The notes beneath the pieces were generated by a model. The model saw only the letters and a program-made list of their open reading frames with translations, was not told the origin of the DNA and did not search any database. A stretch of 64,000 nucleotides of DNA from an uncultured delta proteobacterium. GTDB taxonomy: Bacteria; Desulfobacterota; Binatia; UBA9968. The DNA lies in contig CAVXEP010000019.1 of assembly GCA_963760795.1 (NCBI GenBank), positions 64,001 through 128,000 on the forward strand, given 5' to 3'. Shown one piece after another: positions 49,497-59,835 of the stretch. Each line of letters begins with the position of its first letter. Position 1 is the first letter of the stretch. The position numbers and the translations under genes were made by a program.

Positions 49497-50497
49497 TTAC
49501 CGTATGATTTTACTCGCTCGCGCCAACACCTCCGGTACAATCGTCACGCCGATCTGTTTGGCGGTTTTCAAATTGATCACCAGTTCAAACTTCATCGGCT
49601 GCTCCACCGGCAGATCGGCGGGCTTGGCTCCCTTCAAGATTCTATCCACGAAATATGCGACGCGCCGGTAGCTGTCCACTTGGTCCGCTCCGTAGGACAT
49701 GAGCCCACCGGCATCTACAAATTCACTGGTGCCGTACACCGACGGTAACCGGCTCTTTAACGCAAAGCCGATGGTGCGTTTTCGGTTGATATTCATTAGC
49801 GGGCCCCCGCCGATCACGTAAAGTCCATCCGGGCCCTGTTTACTTAGCGCAGTGAATACCCTCTCGAAACCGTCTGCAGCTCGTACCTCCCAAGGCTGAA
49901 GAGTCAACTTCAGCGCGCGCGCCGCGCCTGGGAGAACCTCTTTCACCTCGTGTACACTGGGCGAAATGGCCGGATCGTAGAGCACCGCGACACGGACAAG
50001 TTTGGGAACGGCTTCTTTGAGCAGCTCCAGCCGCTTCCCGCTTAGTTCTCCGGTAAGGTTTGTAATGCCGGTGACGTTGCCGCCGGGACGGGCTAGGCTG
50101 TCAATGAGGCCTGGCTCGACAGGATCGGCCCCAGCGCCCGTCATAACGATGGGAATCGTCTTGTCGCATTCTTGGCTGCCCGGACCGTCCGGGGTCCCTC
50201 CTGCTACCACGATGATATCAACCTTGAGACGCACCAACTCGGCCGCAAGCTCAGGGAGCCGATCGAGCTTCCGCTCCGCATATCGGTACTCGGTGGCGAT
50301 GTTCTGTCCTTCTATGTAGCCAAGCTCGCGCAGAGCCAGTCGAATTCTCTCGGAACGGGACGGACTCACTGGCTGGATCGCGCGATGATAAATACCCTAG
50401 CACGCGGGACTTTCTTCGGCTGCTGTCCTTGAGCGATCACTCCACCAGCAAGCAGCATGGCAACGACCAGGGTTGATTTGAAAGAAACTATCCTCAT
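49497..50497 (-). CDS. ABC_sub_bind-type substrate-binding protein; frameshift near 50395 plus likely compensating indels
   Basis: QQPKKVPR, ELGYIEGQNI, SLARPGGNVTG and ILKGAKPADLPVEQP motifs. Confidence 0.88.
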
Positions 50498-51050
50498 TGC
50501 GCACCTCGAGATGGAAGCTATCACGCATGCGGCAGTTGCGAAAAGTGTTATTTGCGTCAGATACGGAACCAGGTCCGTCACTTTCTCCGTATGGTATCCG
50601 GCGCTTGGTCACACGGTGCCGGCATAGGCACCATCGGAAGAGGCGCGCCGAAGCCCCAGCCAACGGATTGCCCGCCGCCAATTTCCCAGCATCTTGCTCA
50701 GGCTTTTGCGCCCAGCTCAGCGGGATATGGTTTGAGCAGACTGAGCGCGTCGCTGAAGATCGTCCTATTAATCCATGCAACGGCGTCGATCGTTAAGCAT
50801 CACCGGCATGCGGTTGTGAATGGGCAGAAGCTCTGCGTTAGGTTCGATGATGAGTATGATGAATCCGATGGAGAATTCAGTTCAATCCTACGCTGCGAAA
50901 AAGCAAAAAACGGCGGACCGATTTAGAGCCGGCGCTGTGGTGTGAGGTAGGCTTTATTTGACCGTGCGACTCGGCTTTATGGACAAACCCACAAGAGCGA
51001 TTTCACACAATCGATTTGCCAGGATGGATCGTGAAAAAGTGATTGCACCT

Positions 51051-51100
51051 TGTTATTGAGGGCATCGACAGTCCTGGGTTCAACTCCCAGGATAACGGCA
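51051..51100 (+). other. tRNA-like minihelix (acceptor-like stem plus canonical T arm)
   Basis: TGTTATT...CTGGG-TTCAACT-CCCAG-GATAACG-GCA; no anticodon arm. Confidence 0.35.
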
Positions 51101-51335
51101 GCGTGAGTCTTGTGTCCTAAAAATGATCACAGGCGCACAGGCTAAAAGACCACAGCAGAATCATCGATTTCCCACTAGTCCTTTCCTGGGTACTCCGGAT
51201 ATATACAGGACCTCAAATCTTCGCGCTCTATGCAAGGAGTCCTGCCGGTGCATGCAAGAGTGACGAAACCTAACGAGGGGTCTAACCGTTATCGAAGGTG
51301 TTGAAGGGCATGAACAAAGCTAGAGGGCTGGCTCA

Positions 51336-51698
51336 ATGAGCCGGGGCAACGGTAATGGGTTTTTTGGAGAAGACGTAGTAGCTACTGCGCTTCGCTTGAT
51401 GTGTGATCACGGACTCGATGGTCACACGATTCAGCTTGTTGTGTATTTGGATGCCGAAAAATTCCATGTCAGTGAGTTCCGGTGCGCTGCTTGTGCCAAC
51501 CGACTTCCGTTCCTACTAGTTAATAGTGCCAGGCAATCTGTTGAACTGCGGGATTTACTGCTCGCTCTAGGGTTAAACGTCAACGTGATCCGTGAAAAGC
51601 TGCAACATCGTAATACCAACCAGAAAGTCGGCGAATGGTTGGGAAACCACAGGATTTTAGAATACCCATCCAGCCGAAGCACAAGCCCTCGAAGCTAA
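51336..51698 (+). CDS. Hypothetical protein
   Basis: 120-aa ORF with ATG start in the AT-richer patch; CAAC motif. Confidence 0.4.
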   Translation: MSRGNGNGFFGEDVVATALRLMCDHGLDGHTIQLVVYLDAEKFHVSEFRCAACANRLPFLLVNSARQSVELRDLLLALGLNVNVIREKLQHRNTNQKVGEWLGNHRILEYPSSRSTSPRS

Positions 51699-52109
51699 GT
51701 TCAACGCGCTATTTGCAAAGGCTACAATATCGACTGATGATCGCTCAGTCGTACTGAACAGCCCATCTCTCGTGCAACATCAATTCAATCTCATAACTTT
51801 CGGCTATCTCTTTCACTCTCCCTAAATCCAAGGGACCTGATCATGACCCAGAATTCGGCGATGATAAGCCTGCGCGAAACGAAAAGACGGCAACGCGATA
51901 GGACGAGTCGACTGATGGCGTAGTCGTGAGCTCTATAAAACCAATTTGGTATCGACCGAGACAGACTCAAGACGAAGAATCCAGAGTGCCGTTAGCTCGG
52001 AGTTGAATGGATTGAAGGCAAAATGCTGTGAACGAATCTGCATACAGTCTGTAGAGGATAACTTAGGTTATAAGGCGTCCGAGACATTGCTTTTGCTTGG
52101 CAACTTTCT

Positions 52110-52448
52110 ATGCAACTCCGAAAACATCCTGTTATGGCGTTTTGGGGTTACACCCGCTGGCCACCAATCTGGATTGAGTATCAGGGAACAAGCGAATCAA
52201 TTTTGCAAGGAGAAATTGGTGTGCTGCGGAGTGCGCTAAGTTATCCCTACAATCCTCGCAAAATATTTCTAACGATAGAGCATGAAAGGGCTGACTATAT
52301 AGGTTGCCTTCTCATGGAGTACGAATTCTTGGGTGAGTACATGGCGAGCTTGTTGAACGACTGTATCGGTATGACTATCGAATCGATTGGCAGCTTAGAA
52401 ATTCCGATCACCTTCGAGACCGATAAAAAAAGCCCAAACTGCCGTTGA
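52110..52448 (+). CDS. Hypothetical protein
   Basis: 112-aa ORF with globular-looking composition (LRKHPVM...WPPIW...GEIGVL...YIGCL...IGSLEI). Confidence 0.6.
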   Translation: MQLRKHPVMAFWGYTRWPPIWIEYQGTSESILQGEIGVLRSALSYPYNPRKIFLTIEHERADYIGCLLMEYEFLGEYMASLLNDCIGMTIESIGSLEIPITFETDKKSPNCR

Positions 52449-52788
52449 GCAAAGCTCTGGCTTTAATATACTTCCAAAGACTTGCGAACGAAAAGTCCTG
52501 CCGCAAAAAGTAAGTGTTACATTTCGTATGAGCGTGGTGATACGTAATCTCACGCGCAAGCTGTGGAAATTGGTCTAGCTTCCATCTCCGTAGTGGTACT
52601 CGATCCTTATGTTCTGGCCGTCTATATAACCGAGATCGCGGAGAGCAGACCCAATAGCCGAGCGCGGATGGACTCACTCCGGCAGGCGCAAAATGATTAT
52701 CTACGGGAGAACGCGAAAACGTTATGCGATTAAGCTGTACGGCAGCCTGTTGACTCGCCCTTGGGCGCTGCGATAAGAGTCCGCGACC

Positions 52789-52995
52789 ATGTCCAAGTAT
52801 ATTGCTCGAACTTGCCCCCGGTGCCGCGACGATTTTTGGGTTGTAGTAAGCCAGACACCACGTTCGAATGGAGAGTATCCGATCTATTCATACTGTGCTG
52901 TATGCGGATATCGCTTGGACGGTTGGCGAGTGGTCGTGGGACGCAAGCGACCAGTTAACGTCTATTACGGCAGGATGCCAAGGGTCTTCCGGTGA
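52789..52995 (+). CDS. Small zinc-ribbon protein (68 aa)
   Basis: YIARTCPRCR...YCAVCGYRL. Confidence 0.6.
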   Translation: MSKYIARTCPRCRDDFWVVVSQTPRSNGEYPIYSYCAVCGYRLDGWRVVVGRKRPVNVYYGRMPRVFR

Positions 52996-53132
52996 TGGAC
53001 CGTTACTTAGTCCGCAACTGCCCACGCTGTCGTGGGTTAATGGGTGTGGCAGTCAATGGAAAGTGCGTTAGGTGCCGTCATCGGCTGTGGGATCGAGATA
53101 TGAGCAACGAACTCAAGGGACTCGCCCGGTGA
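52995..53132 (+). CDS. Small zinc-ribbon protein (45 aa), paralog of the upstream gene; not in the ORF track
   Basis: MDRYLVRNCPRCRGLMGVAVNGKCVRCRHRL...; TGATG stop/start overlap. Confidence 0.5.
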   Translation: MDRYLVRNCPRCRGLMGVAVNGKCVRCRHRLWDRDMSNELKGLAR

Positions 53133-53773
53133 TGATCGGGAGAATAAGATCAGCAATAACGAACGGCCTAGGGTCGTAATTCTAATCGTTACATTGATTG
53201 ACTACTTACGGAGTTGCTAACTCGTTTACAGACATACTTTAAGCGAACAGACAACGAATTCCGCAGCAGTTCTAGTCAAACTCTTTGGCTACTTTCGCGA
53301 ACTCATAATACTCGTCTTTTGGAACACTTAAGTACATCGCCGAGTGGTGAATTTTATCCTCCCACCCAACCATACGAGATCATGTCTTTTGCTTTTTTGG
53401 TAATCATATAAACATGGCAAGGCAAAGGGTTTTCGATTTAACGTCATCCCGGTGCTTGGGGTAGTGGATCGCCCACAAACGCGTAACTTCTTTGTCAGCC
53501 CTCTACGGGGTTTGCCGGTCGTGAGCTAGATGAGGAAGAGCATCGGTTATCTTCGATGCAATGGTCAAGGTAGGCATCGTCCCGCGATACCGCTAAGGAA
53601 GTGACTGGAAGTTAGAAAAGCCTTCCCATTCGCGAGGCATTTCAATCGACCACTTGGGCAACGCAAAAATTAAATGGTCAAAATCACAAAGCACTCACAG
53701 CAAGGCAAAATATTTTTTTTCATTTTCCTCTCTCACGCCTCGCGCCTGTCACCTCACGCCTATCGAATCACCT

Positions 53774-54757
53774 TTAGTTGGGCACCCAGGCCAGGGCGCC
53801 TCTAATCTCAGTGAACTCCCGCGTGAGTTTGATCCACCACTCGCCGCCGTCCGAGCTGGCGAACAGTTGGCCGTAGTGGCTGCATGCGAGGATCAGGTTG
53901 GGATCTGCGGGATGGGTCGCGAAGCACTCCATATGCGTATTCGGCGTGATCGGAAGGAGCGGCGTTTCCCAGCTATGGCCGCCGTCAGTGGAGCGCTGTA
54001 GGGCGCCGAGGCCACCCAGCGCGTCATCGCCGATGGCCGCCAGGATCACGTTTGGCTCGTCTAGTTTGAAAACCACGTTGCGGCAATACGGCAAGGGAAA
54101 GCGTCCGCGCACCCCGATAGCCTGCCAGTTGGCGCCGCCATCGGTGCTGACGCAGATCTCGTCGGGGATAGTGACGACCGCTGCGCCCGGTTTGCCCGGA
54201 AGTATCTTGATATCGTGGATGTCGGGCTCGTCCATGAGACCGCCGGATGGACGCGTCCATGTGTCGCCGCCATCCTGGCTCACGCGCACGCCGTCGACCT
54301 CGACCCCGGCCCAGACGAAATTGTGGTCCAACGGGTCGACCACCAGCGCCGTAACGCGCGGCTTGGTTACGTTCATGCACTCCGTGGCAAATCCCGCTGG
54401 GAGTTTTTCCCAGTGAAGACCGCCGTCGCGGGAGCGAAAGAGCGCCGGCAGAGCGGTGCCGGCGAACATGGTATCGGGGTCCACGGGGTCGATGGCAATG
54501 CGCCAGACGTTATACGCGTCCAACGGCGATTCAATGTGCTCGAAGGTCGCGCCGCGGTCTTCGCTTCGATAGATGCCATCGTCTGCGCCCGCGTAGATGA
54601 TCCGGGAATCCCGAGGATGCACCGCGAGACCAAAGACAGATCTCCCACCCTGGTATCCCTTCCATAGTTTGCTTCTAGCCCAGCTCTTGCCGCCGTCGGC
54701 GCTGCGCCACAAGCCCATGCCCAACGTGCCGACACAGATCGTAAAGTTCTTTGCCAT
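53774..54757 (-). CDS. BNR/Asp-box beta-propeller protein (Ycf48/VPS10-like)
   Basis: Repeated SxDGGxxW Asp boxes. Confidence 0.88.
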   Translation of the reverse strand: MAKNFTICVGTLGMGLWRSADGGKSWARSKLWKGYQGGRSVFGLAVHPRDSRIIYAGADDGIYRSEDRGATFEHIESPLDAYNVWRIAIDPVDPDTMFAGTALPALFRSRDGGLHWEKLPAGFATECMNVTKPRVTALVVDPLDHNFVWAGVEVDGVRVSQDGGDTWTRPSGGLMDEPDIHDIKILPGKPGAAVVTIPDEICVSTDGGANWQAIGVRGRFPLPYCRNVVFKLDEPNVILAAIGDDALGGLGALQRSTDGGHSWETPLLPITPNTHMECFATHPADPNLILACSHYGQLFASSDGGEWWIKLTREFTEIRGALAWVPN

Positions 54758-54820
54758 AGCTCCGTCTCCCTAACTGCTCCTAAGAAGGATTTTTGTTCTC
54801 GCGCCAAGACCACTAAAACC

Positions 54821-55062
54821 AAACCCGAAATTCGAATATCGAAAGCGGCCCCGCGGACCGAAACAAACCGGGGCCAAAATAAATCTAAACCTGGAAAATC
54901 AAAAACCTTAAATCCGACTCAGGGTTGTTCTGAACATTGCATTTGTCTTTGTCATTTGAATTTGTTTCGAGCTTCGTGCTTCGGTCCGCGGGGCTTCTTT
55001 CGTGCTTTCTCTTTAGATCATTTGAATTTGTTTAGAGTTTCGGATTTCGAGTTTCGAATTTG
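54821..55062. repeat. Heptamer (TTCGAA/CGAAAT-type) tandem palindrome
   Basis: CCCGAAATTCGAATATCGAAA...CCGCGGACCGAA / TTCGGTCCGCGG...TTTCGGATTTCGAGTTTCGAATTT. Confidence 0.75.
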
Positions 55063-55076
55063 TAATTTGTTTACGC

Positions 55077-57386
55077 TTAGCGTCCTTCGGCTTTCCGTAT
55101 CGCCGCCCAGAGTTTGGGCGCGGTGTAGGGCATGTCGATGTGGTCGATACCCAGGGGAGCCAGCGCGTCCATGACGGCGTTGGCCACAGCAGGCGGCGCT
55201 CCGTTGCATCCGGCCTCGCCCACGCCCTTGACTCCCAAAGGGTTAAATGGATTCGGCGTCACCGTCTCTCCCAATGTGATCTCGGGCATGTCACTGGCGC
55301 GCGGCACCGCGTAATTCATCAAAGAGTCGGTGAGCACCTCGCCGTCGGCGCCAAAGAGCATCTGTTCGCAAAGCGCTTCACCGAGCCCCTGAGCTACGCC
55401 TCCGTGAATCTGCCCATTGAGAATCATTGGGTTAATGACAACGCCGCAGTCATCGACCAGGACAAGTTTTTCAACCGTCGGCGTGCCCGTGTCCCGATCG
55501 ATTCTCACCAGCGCCAGATGCGCGCCGAAGCCCCAGGCCTCGCGCTTTGGATCAAAGAAGGCGGTCTCGTGCAGACCGGGCTCCATACCGCGTGGAAGGT
55601 TCATTCCGTACGCGGCGGCGGCGATTTGGCGCCAGGAAGCTTTTTTGTCGGGCACTCCAGCCACCGCCAAGCCGCCATCCGTCTGAACGATATCCTCGGC
55701 TGCCGCCTCCATCAAATGCGCGGCGATGCGGCGAGCCTTTTCAATGACCCGATCAATAGCCATCACCAAGGCTCCGCCCCCCATAATGGCACTGCGGCTG
55801 CCAAAGGTGCCGCCGCCCTCCTGAATCGTCAGGGTATCGCCGTGTCGAATCGCCACGTGATCCATGGAAACGCGCATCTTCTCGGCCGCCACCTGGGCAA
55901 ACACGGTCTCATGACCCTGACCGTGGGGGCTGGAACCGGTGAGCACGGTAATTTCTCCGCCGCGCTCCACCCGAACCGTTGCGCTCTCAAAGCCGGCGCC
56001 GCCACTCGGCTCAGCGAAAGTCGAGAGGCCCACGCCGACCAACTCGCCGCGTTCGCGCGCTTGGTCTCGGTAGCGAATAAGTTTTTCGTAGTCAGACAAG
56101 CGCAGCGCCTCGGCGAGCGACTTTTCATAGTCACCCGAGTCGTATTCGACGTTTACGCCCGTGCGGTATGGGAACTGGTCGGGGCGAATGAAATTTTTGC
56201 GCCGGATTTCCAGACGGTCCATGGCCAATTCGCGCGCCGCTTTGTCGATCAACCGCTCGATGTTAAGCACCGACTCCGGCCTCCCCGCGCCGCGATAGGG
56301 ACCGGTGGCAATGGTATTAGTAAAGACCGCGACTACCTCGACGGAGCAGTTTTGGATCTGGTAGCAGCCCGGGGCCATCGCCATCATGCGCAGCGGCGGT
56401 ATCGCGGAAAGGGAGTTCAGGTAAGCGCCCAGATTGCCGACCACGCGCACTTTCAAGCCGAGCATGGTGCCATCCCGCTTGAGGGCCAGCTCCGACGTCA
56501 TCACCTGGTCGCGCCCTTGATTCGTCGTGACGAAATCCTCGCTGCGCGTGGAGATCCACTGGACGGGCCGGCCGAGCTTCAGCGCCAGGTGGCTCGCCAG
56601 CGCGTCTTCTTGGTAGAGGAGTCCTTTGCTGCCGAACCCGCCACCGACATCAGGCGCGATGACGCGGATCCTGTGCTCAGGAAATCCAATCGCGGTGGCC
56701 AGATCCGTGCGCACTCGGTGCGGGCTCTGAGTTGAGAGCCAAACAGTCAGATCTCCCGTCGGTTCCGGCTTCGCCACGATGCCTCTCGGCTCCATTGCCA
56801 TCGCTACCAAGCGCGGGCTAGCGATGCGCAGGCGAATGATATGCTCGGCCTCGGCGAATGCTTTGTCGACGTCGCCGCCATTTTTTGTCGCGATGTAGCA
56901 CAGGTTGCTATCCAGCTCCTCGCGGGCGAGTGGCGCGCCGGGCTCCAGCGCTTTTTCGGCACTCACCACTGCCGGCAGCGCTTCGTATTCCACAATGATA
57001 GCGCTCGCCGCATCCTGGGCGAGGGCGCGGCTTTCAGCAACCACCGCCGCCACGGGAGTGCCGGCCGCGTGGACTGCCCCACGCGCCAGCAGCGGATGGG
57101 GCGGTATCTTCATGCCGGGCACCATCGGAATAGCCGGGATATGCAACCGCTCACTGAGGTCATCGCCGGTCACCACGGCGATCACTCCGGCCATTGCCTT
57201 CGCTGCGCTTGTATCGATGGAAATTATTTTCGCATGTGGGTGGAGGCTACGCAGAAAAGCCATGTGGAGCATTCCAGGTAGCCGGATGTCCTCCGTATAA
57301 TATCCTTTGCCGGTAATCAGGGGCGCGTCCTCGACGCGCCGTATAGACGCGCCAATAAGTCCAGTCGTGGTGGGTTCTGTTGTCAT
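55077..57386 (-). CDS. Xanthine dehydrogenase-family molybdopterin-binding subunit (form II CoxL-like)
   Basis: RVEDAPLITG, DVGGGFGSK, PYRGAGRPE, GQGHET, GQIHGG and KGVGEAG motifs. Confidence 0.93.
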   Translation of the reverse strand: MTTEPTTTGLIGASIRRVEDAPLITGKGYYTEDIRLPGMLHMAFLRSLHPHAKIISIDTSAAKAMAGVIAVVTGDDLSERLHIPAIPMVPGMKIPPHPLLARGAVHAAGTPVAAVVAESRALAQDAASAIIVEYEALPAVVSAEKALEPGAPLAREELDSNLCYIATKNGGDVDKAFAEAEHIIRLRIASPRLVAMAMEPRGIVAKPEPTGDLTVWLSTQSPHRVRTDLATAIGFPEHRIRVIAPDVGGGFGSKGLLYQEDALASHLALKLGRPVQWISTRSEDFVTTNQGRDQVMTSELALKRDGTMLGLKVRVVGNLGAYLNSLSAIPPLRMMAMAPGCYQIQNCSVEVVAVFTNTIATGPYRGAGRPESVLNIERLIDKAARELAMDRLEIRRKNFIRPDQFPYRTGVNVEYDSGDYEKSLAEALRLSDYEKLIRYRDQARERGELVGVGLSTFAEPSGGAGFESATVRVERGGEITVLTGSSPHGQGHETVFAQVAAEKMRVSMDHVAIRHGDTLTIQEGGGTFGSRSAIMGGGALVMAIDRVIEKARRIAAHLMEAAAEDIVQTDGGLAVAGVPDKKASWRQIAAAAYGMNLPRGMEPGLHETAFFDPKREAWGFGAHLALVRIDRDTGTPTVEKLVLVDDCGVVINPMILNGQIHGGVAQGLGEALCEQMLFGADGEVLTDSLMNYAVPRASDMPEITLGETVTPNPFNPLGVKGVGEAGCNGAPPAVANAVMDALAPLGIDHIDMPYTAPKLWAAIRKAEGR

Positions 57387-57439
57387 GATGAAACCTCGCC
57401 AGAAAAGCAAAGCGCAAAGGGCATGGCGCCCAATTGAAT

Positions 57440-57690
57440 TGCGGATTTGACATTGCGGAGTGCGGATTTAAAGTCAATCGCGAAAGAGTCAATCGAAACT
57501 TGATCCATTGTTGTACCCATCAATCCAAAATCGAATCCGCAATCCGCAATCATCTGATCACCTTATCCGCTCTCGCCAGCACATTCATTGGATTTTGGAT
57601 TATCGGACCGAAGCCACAGAATTGCCGTCCGAAATGTCTTTGTCATGTCCGAGTCCCTCAATCGAAAATCGGCAGTCTAAAATCCAAAAT
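57440..57690. repeat. Two heptamer (AATCC/AATCG) tandem palindromes flanking a gene remnant
   Basis: TTGCGGA...TGCGGATT / AATCCGCAATCCGCAAT and ATTGGATTTTGGATT / AAAATCGGCAGTCTAAAATCCAAAAT. Confidence 0.72.
57550..57586 (-). pseudogene. 3'-terminal remnant of an ABC_sub_bind-type gene
   Basis: Minus strand reads NVLARADKVIR*, matching the C-termini of neighbouring paralogs. Confidence 0.65.
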
Positions 57691-58679
57691 TACTTGATGA
57701 CCCGATTCGCCCGCGAGAGAAACTCCGGCGAGAGTGTCAGACCGATCTGTTTCGCCGCTTTCAAGTTGATGACAAACTCAAACTTGGTCGCCTGCTGCAC
57801 CGGCAGGTCAGCCGGCTTGGCGCCTTTCAAGATCTTGTCGACGTAGTGGGCGGCCTTGCGGAACAGGTCATCGTAGTCCGCCCCGTAGGACATGAGACCG
57901 CCCTCATCGACAAACTCCTTCTGAAAGTAAATAGCCGGCAACCGGTATTTGCCGGCAAGCTCGACGATCCGCTTTCTTTCGGCGAAAAAGGGGCGACTGG
58001 TGATCGTCATAATCGCGCCCACCTGCTTCTGCTTTGCGGTTTGAAAGGCGCTCTCTAAACCTTTGGCGTCGGGTTGAGTCTCGATCTCCTCCAATTTTAG
58101 CTTCAGTGCCACAGCCGCAGGCCTGAGCTCTTTCAGTTGGAGTTGATCCTATGCCGCCTCCCGGCCGGCCGCAGAAGTCCAACTCGGGCGAGCTTGGGGA
58201 TTGCGTCCTTGAGTATCTCTAGCCTTTTGCGTGTTTAGCTCGGTGACTAAATTCGAGAGCCCGGTGACATTGCCTCCCGGCCGCGCCAGACTGGCAACCA
58301 GACCTGCACCCACGGGGTCCCCAGCGCTCGCCATCACGATGGGGATGGTAGTAGTGGCGTTCTTCGCCGCTAACGCCGATGGTGTCCCTGAGGCCACGAT
58401 CAGATCAACCTTAAGACGAACCAAGTCCGCCGCAAGCTCAGGTAGGCGCTCAGCTTTTGCTCTGCAAATCGGTACTCGATGGTGATATTCTTTCCCTCAA
58501 TCCATCCAAGCTTGGTCAGCTCTTGCCGGAACGCCTCCAAGAGGACCGCGCATACCAGAAGCAGTGCTATTATCCAGGAAACCGATGCGAAAGATTTTTC
58601 CAGCCTGCTGCGCGTTGGCGATGGGACCAGAAATCACAATGGCAGTTGCCAGTAGCCAGATGACAATGGATTTCATCAT
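57690..58679 (-). CDS. ABC_sub_bind-type substrate-binding protein; several frameshifts
   Basis: Fragments 58497-58679, 58149-58424 and 57690-58112 are collinear with the family. Confidence 0.82.
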
Positions 58680-58746
58680 GGATTTGTCTCCGATGTTTTT
58701 GCTGACAACCGACCGCTGATCTCTGACTTTTGATCTCTGGTGTCTG

Positions 58747-59741
58747 TCATTTGATTATCCTAGTCGCCCGCGCCAGCACCTCCGGCGCAATCGTCACGCC
58801 GATCTGCTTGGCCGTCTTGAGATTGATCACGAACTCAAACTTCATCGGCTGCTCCACCGGCAGGTCGGCGGGCTTGGCGCCCTTCAGGATTCTGTCCACG
58901 TAATATGCGACGCGCCGGTAGCTGTCCGCTAGGTCCGCCCCGTAGGACATGAGCCCACCGGCATCTACATCTTCTCTGTTGGTGTACATCGACGGTAACC
59001 GGCTCTTTAAGGCAAAGCCCGCGATCCGTTTTTCGTTAGCACGCATTAGCGGGCCCCCGGGCACGTAGAGTCCATCCGGGCGCTGCTTGTTTAGCGCAGC
59101 GAATACCTTCTCGAAACCGTCCGCAGTCTCGTACCTCCCAAGGCTGAATAGTCAACCTCAGCGCACGCGCCGCGACTGGGAGAACCTCTTTCACCTCGAT
59201 TACACTGGCCGGATTGGCCGGATCGTAGAGAACCGCGACACGGGCAAGTTTCGGAACGGCTTCTTTGAGCAGCTCCAGCCGCTTCCCGCCTAGTTCTCTG
59301 GCAAGGTTTGTAATGCCGGTGACGTTGCCGCCGGGACGGGCAAGGCTTTCAACCAGGCCTGCCTCGACAGGATCGAGCCCACCGCCCACCATAACGATGG
59401 GAATCGTCTTGGTCGCATTCTTGGCCGCCCGGACCAGTCTGGTCCCTCCTGCTACCACGATGATATCAACCTTGAGACGCACCAGCTCGGCCGCAAGCTC
59501 AGGGAGCCGATCGTTCTTCCCCTCCGTATATCGGTACTCGGTGGCGATGTTCTGTCCTTCTATGTAGCCACGCTCGCGCAGAGCCAGCCGAATTGCCTCG
59601 GCACGGGTGGACTCACGTAGCTGCATCGTCCACCGATAGATACCCTATCCGCGGGACTTTCTTCGGCTGCTGGGCTTGAACTGGAAAGCTATGAGCAAGA
59701 AGCAGGACGCAAAGAATCCGTCCCGTGATTTTTTTGTGCAT
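58747..59741 (-). CDS. ABC_sub_bind-type substrate-binding protein; frameshifts near 59618 and 59125
   Basis: MHKKITG...QQPKKVPRIGYL plus ORFs 59036-59626 and 58747-59064; close paralog of 49497-50497. Confidence 0.85.
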
Positions 59742-59835
59742 GGAGCAACCCTCACTCTAGCCCCGTCGAAGTCAGAGAGAGAACTCGAATTTAGATGCGA
59801 GAAAAATTGATGCCGTTTCTAATTCCGCAGCCGAT

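Noticed and set aside
51051-51100. Bona fide tRNA gene
   Set aside because: No room for D and anticodon arms and no CCA end; kept only as a tRNA-like structure.
55140-56735. 531-aa plus-strand ORF and similar long antisense ORFs throughout the window
   Set aside because: Shadow frames of high-GC genes on the opposite strand, with no recognisable motifs.
55077-57386. Aerobic CO dehydrogenase (form I coxL)
   Set aside because: Lacks the AYxCSFR motif and the coxMS/coxDEF context.
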